Source: Patescibacteria group bacterium (lineage in GTDB: Bacteria; Patescibacteriota; Patescibacteriia; 2-01-FULL-39-33). Taken from it: a DNA stretch of 32,000 nucleotides. Positions 8,464 to 13,891 of the stretch are shown in pieces (the stretch's first letter is position 1; every line of letters begins with the position of its first letter). A model generated the notes under the pieces. It did not search any database, was not told where the DNA came from, and worked only from the letters and a program-made list of their open reading frames with translations. Location of the stretch: NCBI GenBank assembly GCA_041662745.1, contig JBAZRV010000004.1, positions 1 through 32,000 on the forward strand, read 5' to 3'. The position numbers were made by a program, and so were the translations under genes.

Positions 8464-8476
8464 ACCTTGAATCTTT

Positions 8477-8540
8477 GAGGGCTTGACCCTCTTGATTCCT
8501 TGAGCCTTCGGCGCGAATTTTTTCGCAATGCCGGAGGCTT
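8477..8540 (+). promoter_or_regulatory. post-VR hairpin pair, copy 2
   Basis: GAGGG-CTTGA-CCCTC lies at 8477-8491. GAGCCTTCGGC.../GCCGGAGGCTT lies at 8502-8540 and is followed by a T-rich run. Confidence 0.5.
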
Positions 8541-8542
8541 AT

Positions 8543-8571
8543 TTTCTTTTTAAACTATTTTTTGCTATAAT
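8543..8571 (+). promoter_or_regulatory. candidate promoter for the TR-containing RNA (weak -35, extended -10 TGCTATAAT)
   Basis: TGCTATAAT at 8563-8571 is the same extended -10 as in the other two promoters. The -35 is only TTTCTT. A second candidate, TGTGATAAA, lies at 8674-8682. Confidence 0.35.
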
Positions 8572-8828
8572 TATTTTGTTCGCTAATGCAGGCGCGGTTA
8601 CGGCTTCGCCTCGCGGACAGCTCATCTTTTTGAGACGTCACCAGAGTATCGCCGTCCACGGATTGCGATAGCGTGTGATAAAAAGATTGAGATGGAACTT
8701 CTTGCCCGCTCTTAGTGGAGGTGATCTTACGCTATCTGCTCCCGAATAAAATACAGGAGAGAAAGGACATAGGCCTGTTTTTTAATAGGCAGTAAACCTT
8801 AATTTCCAGTGATCCTGGCGAGAGCTGG

Positions 8829-8950
8829 CAAATAATGTGGATTCGGACGGCAACCGCGTCAACCTCGGCAACTTCGATGCTACCGGCCTCAAGGTCAACA
8901 ACAACTGGGATGACAATCGCAATGGCGATCTGGCCGTCTCCTCCGCCCGG
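8829..8950 (+). repeat. DGR template repeat (TR), non-coding
   Basis: It is adenine-rich (30 A by my count) and has six AAC and two AAT codons in the VR reading frame. Both VRs differ from it almost only at A positions. There is no plausible start or RBS, and homology to the VRs ends exactly at CGCCCGG (8950). Confidence 0.85.
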
Positions 8951-8971
8951 CACTTCCATCTTTTCTTACTA

Positions 8972-9000
8972 AAACACCCTCCTGTTACAGGAGGGTGTTT
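8972..9000. terminator. strong bidirectional hairpin between TR and avd
   Basis: AAACACCCTCCTG-TTA-CAGGAGGGTGTTT forms a 13-bp stem. T-rich flanks lie on both strands. It sits 22 nt after the TR and 15 nt after the avd stop. Confidence 0.6.
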
Positions 9001-9014
9001 CCATTTATTATGGC

Positions 9015-9365
9015 CTACAATTCCTTAGTTGACTTAATCCAGCCGCCGAGCATTCGGCCGACTTCATCGACATCCTGTTGCAATGTCACGTACTTATTAG
9101 CCGCTAAGGATTTAGTTTCTTTCATCAGCCGCAAGAATATCCTGAGGAAATTCAGCTTTAAGCTGGCTTTTTGCAAAACCGGCAGCTTGTCTGTTTTGGA
9201 CAGCTGGCTGGCCAGCAATATGCTTTCCAAAATATCCAACAGGACATTTTCACAGCGCTGCCACAAAGTGTAGCGGTCTTGCTTAGCCACGCTTTTCCTG
9301 AGGATATAAAATTGCTTGTAGAGATCATAGATTTTTTTAAAGATCGGTATGTCAAAATCTTCCAT
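9015..9365 (-). CDS. avd: Avd-like accessory variability determinant (four-helix-bundle / 23S rRNA-IVS protein family), 116 aa
   Basis: From the ATG at 9365 it reads MEDFDIPIFKKIYDLY...LNFLRIFLRL...DVDEVGRMLGGWIKSTKEL. The C-terminal LRF-LR...EVGRMLGGWI closely parallels Bordetella phage Avd (LRFWLRF...EVGRILGSWI). Confidence 0.75.
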   Translation of the reverse strand: MEDFDIPIFKKIYDLYKQFYILRKSVAKQDRYTLWQRCENVLLDILESILLASQLSKTDKLPVLQKASLKLNFLRIFLRLMKETKSLAANKYVTLQQDVDEVGRMLGGWIKSTKEL

Positions 9366-9401
9366 ATAATTATGAAAATTTATAAAGATATTTATAATGA
9401 G

Positions 9402-9512
9402 ATGATTTCCCTGGAGAATTTGTTTTCCGCCTGGGATAAGTTCAAGATTGGCAATTTTTGCTGGAGTTGGATTTTCCTGATCAATGCTATAATAATTATT
9501 ATATGCGATTAA
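9402..9512 (+). pseudogene. reverse transcriptase 5' remnant (first ~16 codons only)
   Basis: The ATG at 9402 gives MISLENLFSAWDKFKIG, which matches the conserved RT N-terminal pattern I-x-x-ENL-x-x-A-x-x-K-x-x-x-GK. Resemblance is then lost and a stop occurs at 9510-9512. No RT motifs occur downstream in any frame. Confidence 0.5.
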
Positions 9513-9662
9513 AACTAAACGCCCATCATCACCCCTTAATATTTTTAAAAGACCCAACTCTTGGTCAAGAATAATCTGACCTACAAGATTAAATTCAGTT
9601 ATTTCGAATGATACAAATTCATCCATATAATTATAATTAATACCTGTATTGAATATTACCAA

Positions 9663-9685
9663 AAAATCGCCATTTAGGCGATTTT
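9663..9685. terminator. bidirectional hairpin terminator candidate
   Basis: AAAATCGCC-ATTTA-GGCGATTTT carries A/T runs on both sides. It lies downstream of the minus-strand XRE/378-aa operon. Confidence 0.4.
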
Positions 9686-9774
9686 ATTTAGCTAACAAAA
9701 TAATATACATATACTATTTGAGTCGCCCCACCATCATAGGACGGTGAGTCGGCTCCGATACTTAGTTCTACTAC

Positions 9775-9875
9775 CGGTGTGTTTACAAAAAAATTCGAAC
9801 CGATTTCACCCCCAAAAATTGATGAGCGGGCGGATTTCCTCCCCCAACCCCTCCATCCGCCCGCCCTTTCGGATT
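9775..9875. repeat. 101-bp inverted repeat, left copy (X)
   Basis: It is the perfect reverse complement of 11388-11488, checked base by base. It contains the 10-bp stem GCGGGCGGAT/ATCCGCCCGC (9826-9835 / 9855-9864) around a 19-nt C-rich loop, plus a TTCGAACCG motif. Confidence 0.9.
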
Positions 9876-9883
9876 TGCGATTT

Positions 9884-11020
9884 TCAGTTTTTCTTTGGCG
9901 ACAAATTCTTTTTTTCTAGCATTCTTACCACCTTAAAATCCGTAGTGATTATTGGAATATTACTTGGTATGACATCTAATATTTCTTGTGGTATCTGCTC
10001 AATATCTTTGTTGATAACAACCGCTACAAAATCTTTCGGTGATATATTACCAATTACTCCCATATCACCCTCACTATTTTCTAATGGCCCTAGAGTATGA
10101 TGTTTGTTTGGGACTTTAAATAAAATTGATAAATCATCCCAAAAGTATTTTTTCATCTCACCGGTTTGTTCATAATCGCTTTTTACTAACTCTGGTGGAT
10201 AGGTTGAAATCATGTTGGTTCCAAAAAGTAAATCCGCCATATTCCTAAAGGGGTCATCATATATTTCGAAATCCTCTTTATTTTTAGGCTCCCATCGGCT
10301 TCTCCAATTTTCCTTTTTCAAACGTTCAAATGCAAACTTAGCTAGAGGTGAACTAAAAAAATATGTCTTTATAGACTGATACACCTTATCAGTTGTTTCT
10401 TTTTTTCTTTCATCTCTTATTTCTGGCGTAACCAATAACCAGTCTTGAGCGTAATCTTCTTGTATCGTTTCAATCAAGATATTTGAAAATTCATCGCTGT
10501 TTACCATTTCGTCGTAACTTATGCTATCTAAATTAGCTCCATCGTGAACCCTTTTGTCTAAAAAGATCGACATTGCGCGAATCATCGATTTGCCAAGCTT
10601 TCCCCGCTCATGTTGTACTTCTGGACCATAGCCACCAATAGGAAAATTAACAGCATAACCCTCTTTTTGTAATCGAATTTTCCGATGGCTCAAAATTCCT
10701 TGCCCAAAATAACTTTTTAATTTATTTAAAAGTTCCTCTATTCGCACAATATCTTTTTCATTACGATCTTCAGGCGCTGCATTCAACATCTTAATTAGTC
10801 CTCCTACGAATCTATAGCCACTGTGCTGAGCAACCTTCCTATCGGAAATTAATTGTTTAATTTCTTCAATTAATATTCTCTCATTTTCTTCTCTTTCATT
10901 ATTATTTAAATCAGGACTTTCTCCGCTCATTAGCCCATCAAAACCCGCCTCATTTTCAGTTGGATACTCAAGGCCTTGAATAAAATCTTCTTCTTGTTTT
11001 GGTTGCTCGAGTTTTGGCAT
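9884..11020 (-). CDS. hypothetical protein (378 aa), co-operonic with XRE regulator
   Basis: This 1137-nt ORF starts 5 nt after the XRE stop. It has an acidic N-terminus and no TM segment. I recognise no catalytic motif, and specifically no RT YxDD or HExxH. Confidence 0.7.
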   Translation of the reverse strand: MPKLEQPKQEEDFIQGLEYPTENEAGFDGLMSGESPDLNNNEREENERILIEEIKQLISDRKVAQHSGYRFVGGLIKMLNAAPEDRNEKDIVRIEELLNKLKSYFGQGILSHRKIRLQKEGYAVNFPIGGYGPEVQHERGKLGKSMIRAMSIFLDKRVHDGANLDSISYDEMVNSDEFSNILIETIQEDYAQDWLLVTPEIRDERKKETTDKVYQSIKTYFFSSPLAKFAFERLKKENWRSRWEPKNKEDFEIYDDPFRNMADLLFGTNMISTYPPELVKSDYEQTGEMKKYFWDDLSILFKVPNKHHTLGPLENSEGDMGVIGNISPKDFVAVVINKDIEQIPQEILDVIPSNIPIITTDFKVVRMLEKKNLSPKKN

Positions 11021-11025
11021 ATTTG

Positions 11026-11238
11026 TTATTTTATTAAATCATCAACCGTAACCCCTAACCCTTTGGCAATTTTTGCCATAGTTTCAATCGTGGGATTGGG
11101 CGTAGCCCCCGATTCAATTTTAATTATTACATTATAAGCAATATCAGCCCTTTTCGAAAGTCCATCTTGAGAAATACCTAGTTTATCTCGGCATTTTTTA
11201 ATATTCCTGGCTATTGTTGGCAATTCACTTTGTTTCAT
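11026..11238 (-). CDS. XRE-family helix-turn-helix transcriptional regulator (70 aa)
   Basis: IKKCRDKLGISQDGLSKRADIAYNVIIKIESGATPNPTIETMAKIAKGLGVTVDDL is a canonical HTH_3 sequence. TATAAT lies 6 nt upstream of the ATG, so the mRNA may be leaderless. Confidence 0.9.
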   Translation of the reverse strand: MKQSELPTIARNIKKCRDKLGISQDGLSKRADIAYNVIIKIESGATPNPTIETMAKIAKGLGVTVDDLIK

Positions 11239-11337
11239 AGTATAATTATACTAGTATAGTAGTTAAACAAGTTTTACTACTATAACTTTATCAAAATTCA
11301 TGGATTTTATCAATAATTTTTTTAAGCCCGCTTTTGG

Positions 11338-11366
11338 CCAAAATGAAGTTCGAGCCGATATTTTTT
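11338..11366. repeat. 29-bp inverted copy (B) of recombinase 3' coding sequence
   Basis: CCAAAATGAAGTTCGAGCCGATATTTTTT is the perfect reverse complement of 12969-12997. Confidence 0.85.
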
Positions 11367-11387
11367 CCAGGTTCTTTGGCGGTTTTC

Positions 11388-11488
11388 AATCCGAAAGGGC
11401 GGGCGGATGGAGGGGTTGGGGGAGGAAATCCGCCCGCTCATCAATTTTTGGGGGTGAAATCGGTTCGAATTTTTTTGTAAACACACCG
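11388..11488. repeat. 101-bp inverted repeat, right copy (X')
   Basis: It is the perfect reverse complement of 9775-9875. Confidence 0.9.
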
Positions 11489-11572
11489 CCAATCGGTATT
11501 TGCCCAATTTTCGGGCAGAAGTTTCAGAATTCGCCAACCAGTTTTGGCCTGAAATTCAAATTTTTTGGCTTC
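11486..11572. repeat. 87-bp inverted copy (A) of recombinase 3' end plus the tRNA-Ser 3' terminus
   Basis: It is the perfect reverse complement of 12997-13083, checked base by base. It begins with CCGCCA, the 3' end of tRNA-Ser(GCT). Confidence 0.9.
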
Positions 11573-11634
11573 TGATTCTTAAAGAATTGCCAAAAGCGGG
11601 CTTTAAAAAAATTATTAGTTTTAATCTTAAATAT

Positions 11635-13137
11635 ATGAAGTACTTTATTTACGCTCGCAAGTCCACTGACAGCGAAGAACGGCAGATCTTAAGCATTGAA
11701 TCCCAGATTGCTGAGTTGTATGAATTTGCCGCCAAAGAAAAACTGGAAATCGCCGCTTCGCTGTGCGAAGCGAAAACCGCCAAAGAACCTGGCCGAACTG
11801 TGTTCGGAGAAATGCTGGATCGGATTTGCGCCGGCGAAGCCGGAGGAATTTTGGCTTGGCACCCGGATCGGCTGGCTAGAAATTCAATTGACGGAGGCAA
11901 AATCATTTATCTTTTGGACACAGGCCAGATCAAAGACCTAAAGTTTCCCACATTTTGGTTTGACAGCACACCGCAAGGAAAATTCATGATGAACATTGCC
12001 TTTGGCCAAAGCAAGTATTACATCGACAATTTAAGCGAGAATATACGGCGAGGCCATCGGGCTAAACTAAGAAAAGGGATTTGGCCAGTCTTTGCCCCGC
12101 TTGGCTATCTAAATAATCACAGGACCAAAGGCATAGAATTAGACAGGGAAAGGGCGCCTTTGGTCAAAAAATGCTTTGAGCTATACGCTACGGGCGAATA
12201 TACCCTCAAAGCCCTAAGAGATGTAATCAGCCAAGCGGGGCTAAGAAGCTACCGAGGCAATGTTCTGGCCGTGGCCTGTGTCCAAAGAATGCTCAAGAAC
12301 TCGATCTACTATGGCCTATTCAAATTTAACGACGAATTGCATGAGGGAACGCACGAGCCGATTATTTCCAAGAAACTTTTTGATGAAGCTCAACAAGTAA
12401 TGAGTAATCGAGGCAAGAAGAAACGAAAGCGAAAACACGAATTTGCTTTTTCTGGATTAATGAAATGTGGGGTCTGCGATTGCCTCATAACGGCGGAAAA
12501 ACAAAAAGGCCATAATTACTATCGTTGCACCAAGAAAAAACAAACCTGCGACGAAAAATGTCTGCGCGAAGAATTACTTGTTGAACAGATGAAAGAGATA
12601 ATTCAAAAAGTTTCTTTGCCTGACGATTGGGCAAAAAATATGCTCGCCGAGATTGAGTTGGAACGAGAACAAGCAAGAAAAGACGGCATGATTTTTGGGC
12701 AAAAACTGGAAGTGAGAAAAACAGAAATCGAGCAAACCATGGAACGACTGCTTGATTTGTTTATTGAAGGCAAGCATATCGAGCCAGAGGAATATCACGC
12801 TAAAAAACAAAAACTTCTCATCGAGAAGTGTGAGCTTAATCAACAAATCAAGGATTTTGCCCAAAAAGGAAATAATTGGCTCGAACCCATGAAAGAAATG
12901 ATTTTAGCCAGCAGCCAAGCCAAAATTCTATTGTCGCGAGGCGACAATTCGCAAATCCGAGCATTTCTAAAAAATATCGGCTCGAACTTCATTTTGGAAG
13001 CCAAAAAATTTGAATTTCAGGCCAAAACTGGTTGGCGAATTCTGAAACTTCTGCCCGAAAATTGGGCAAATACCGATTGGCGGAGAGAGAGGGATTCGAA
13101 CCCTCGGTACGCCCATAATAGACGTACAACGGTTTAG
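11635..13137 (+). CDS. large serine recombinase (integrase/invertase type), ~500 aa
   Basis: The N-terminus MKYFIYARKSTDSEERQ carries the catalytic Ser motif, followed by HPDRLARN. A recombinase domain is followed by a Cys-rich zinc ribbon (CGVCDC...YYRCTKKKQTC) and a coiled-coil region. The ORF track start at 11500 is a non-ATG extension through repeat A. The last ~20 codons read antisense through the tRNA (ERDSNPR). Confidence 0.9.
   Translation: MKYFIYARKSTDSEERQILSIESQIAELYEFAAKEKLEIAASLCEAKTAKEPGRTVFGEMLDRICAGEAGGILAWHPDRLARNSIDGGKIIYLLDTGQIKDLKFPTFWFDSTPQGKFMMNIAFGQSKYYIDNLSENIRRGHRAKLRKGIWPVFAPLGYLNNHRTKGIELDRERAPLVKKCFELYATGEYTLKALRDVISQAGLRSYRGNVLAVACVQRMLKNSIYYGLFKFNDELHEGTHEPIISKKLFDEAQQVMSNRGKKKRKRKHEFAFSGLMKCGVCDCLITAEKQKGHNYYRCTKKKQTCDEKCLREELLVEQMKEIIQKVSLPDDWAKNMLAEIELEREQARKDGMIFGQKLEVRKTEIEQTMERLLDLFIEGKHIEPEEYHAKKQKLLIEKCELNQQIKDFAQKGNNWLEPMKEMILASSQAKILLSRGDNSQIRAFLKNIGSNFILEAKKFEFQAKTGWRILKLLPENWANTDWRRERDSNPRYAHNRRTTV
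12969..13083. repeat. B'-A' segment: native contiguous copy of repeats B and A
   Basis: 12969-12997 pairs with 11338-11366, and 12997-13083 pairs with 11486-11572. The segment lies inside the recombinase 3' coding region and overlaps the tRNA by 6 nt. Confidence 0.9.
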
Positions 13138-13172
13138 CAAACCGCCGCCTTCAGCCACTCGGCCATCTCTCC
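13078..13172 (-). tRNA. tRNA-Ser (anticodon GCT), CCA encoded
   Basis: The reverse complement reads GGAGAGATGGCCGAGTGGCTGAAGGCGGCGGTTTGCTAAACCGTTGTACGTCTATTATGGGCGTACCGAGGGTTCGAATCCCTCTCTCTCCGCCA. It has acceptor GGAGAGA/TCTCTCC, anticodon loop TTGCTAA, a long variable arm, and T-arm GAGGG-TTCGAAT-CCCTC. Confidence 0.9.
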
Positions 13173-13190
13173 AAACAACACGACTTGCTT

Positions 13191-13220
13191 ATTCTATCAT
13201 AAAACCATACTTATTGTAAA
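13191..13220 (-). promoter_or_regulatory. candidate promoter for tRNA-Ser(GCT): TTTACA-18-TAGAAT
   Basis: rc(13215-13220)=TTTACA and rc(13191-13196)=TAGAAT. The -10 lies ~19 nt upstream of the tRNA 5' end. Confidence 0.4.
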
Positions 13221-13231
13221 GCCCTCCCGAA

Positions 13232-13891
13232 CTACGCAGCTAAGACAAAACCGCTAATTTCAGCAAATCCTGCGGTTTTTAATGTGTCGGCGCATTCACG
13301 TAAGGTTGAGCCGGTAGTCAAAACATCATCAACTAAGATTATCCTTTTACCCCAGTTATCGCTTAAACAATCCAAATTGACTTGAAATGCCCCAATTACA
13401 TTCTGCTCCCTGTTTTCTTGCGTCTGGCCGACTTGCGGCTTATGATAAACGACTCGCCGAAGCAAATCCGGACAAACCAATAAAGAAGAATTGGTAGCGG
13501 CTAAAGCCCTGGCGATTACTTCCGCCTGATTGAACCCCCGCCAGAGATACCGACGGCGATGCAAAGGCACCGGGACCAAAACGGCCGGAAGATCATCTGT
13601 TTGTACTGATATTTTTTCTTTCTTTATTAACTGATGAACAGTGCGGGACAAGTCAAAGGCAAAATTATATTTTAAAGCGGCAATAATCCTGTCAATAAGC
13701 GGCTGTTCATAATCAAATAAAGCCTTAACCTTGATAAAATTAGCGCCAACAGGCAGAATCAATTGCCTTTCCCTGCTTGGCAATGTTGCTAAGCATTTTT
13801 CACACAGCCACTCACCTTCCTGATGGCAATTCAAACAATAACGCGGGAACAGCAAGTCAACGATTTGCTCTTTAAAACCGCTTATTGCCAT
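13232..13891 (-). CDS. comF: ComF-family protein (phosphoribosyltransferase domain, ComFC-like)
   Basis: The N-terminal zinc-finger-like region has CLNCHQEGEWLCEKC. The C-terminal PRTase motif is ILVDDVLTTGSTLRECADTLKTAG. The start overlaps the upstream gene by 10 nt. Confidence 0.9.
   Translation of the reverse strand: MAISGFKEQIVDLLFPRYCLNCHQEGEWLCEKCLATLPSRERQLILPVGANFIKVKALFDYEQPLIDRIIAALKYNFAFDLSRTVHQLIKKEKISVQTDDLPAVLVPVPLHRRRYLWRGFNQAEVIARALAATNSSLLVCPDLLRRVVYHKPQVGQTQENREQNVIGAFQVNLDCLSDNWGKRIILVDDVLTTGSTLRECADTLKTAGFAEISGFVLAA

Larger units (their letters stand above)
278..13077. mobile_element. putative integrated phage-derived or satellite-like island (boundaries approximate)
   Basis: The block is bracketed by two tRNA-Ser genes, and a large serine recombinase abuts the right-hand tRNA. 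Its content is terminase, methyltransferases, DGR and an XRE regulator. Its gene orientation is opposite to the flanking operon. No att core could be defined from this window. Confidence 0.4.

Noticed and set aside
6531-8470. Many 60-190-aa ORFs on both strands overlapping the DGR target genes (for example 6661-7077, 7105-7458, 7509-8087, 7588-8160, 7875-8183)
   Set aside because: They are by-products of locally high GC (few stop codons). They overlap the two paralogous genes, which have RBSs and mutual protein conservation. The alternative-frame products are Arg/Ala/Pro-rich low-complexity sequence.
8732-9028. ORFs 8732-8959 (-) and 8837-9028 (+, GTG start) over the template repeat
   Set aside because: The + ORF is only the TR read in the VR frame. 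It has no RBS and runs into the terminator hairpin. The TR is better explained as a non-coding template.
9015-9662. Full 215-aa ORF (TTG start) as a single gene
   Set aside because: Only the C-terminal 116 aa (from the ATG at 9365) resemble Avd. The N-terminal 99 aa are antisense to the RT-start remnant, begin at a non-ATG codon right after a terminator hairpin, and have no recognisable features. A longer fused protein cannot be fully excluded.
9836-9854. G-quadruplex or anti-Shine-Dalgarno role for the C/G-rich hairpin loop of repeat X (GGAGGGGTTGGGGGAGG on one strand)
   Set aside because: The G-tracts are short and irregular, and nothing in the context supports either idea. It is noted only as a sequence oddity.
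9884-11020. The 378-aa protein as the missing DGR reverse transcriptase
   Set aside because: It has no RT motifs (no YxDD box, and no GxPQG or SPxLxN-type motifs). It is on the opposite strand to the RT stub and is co-transcribed with an XRE regulator.
11455-11491. Possible tRNA gene fragment (GGTTCGAAT...CACCGCCA) inside repeat X'/A
   Set aside because: Only a T-loop-like 9-mer and the terminal CCGCCA match. No acceptor, D or anticodon arms can be folded. It is better treated as part of a recombination or att-like repeat than as a tRNA or pseudo-tRNA.
11500-11634. N-terminal extension of the recombinase ORF as given in the ORF track
   Set aside because: The extension starts at a non-ATG codon and is made of repeat A sequence. 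The canonical serine-recombinase N-terminus MKYFIYARKST begins at the ATG at 11635.
9744-13158. ORFs 9744-10100 (+), 11300-11575 (+), 11322-11537 (-) and 12967-13158 (-)
   Set aside because: Their sequences are translations of the inverted repeats X, A and B and of the tRNA antisense (shared peptides PPIGICPIFGQKFQNSPTSFGLKFKFFGF and RISSPNPSIRPPFRI). They reflect repeat structure, not genes.
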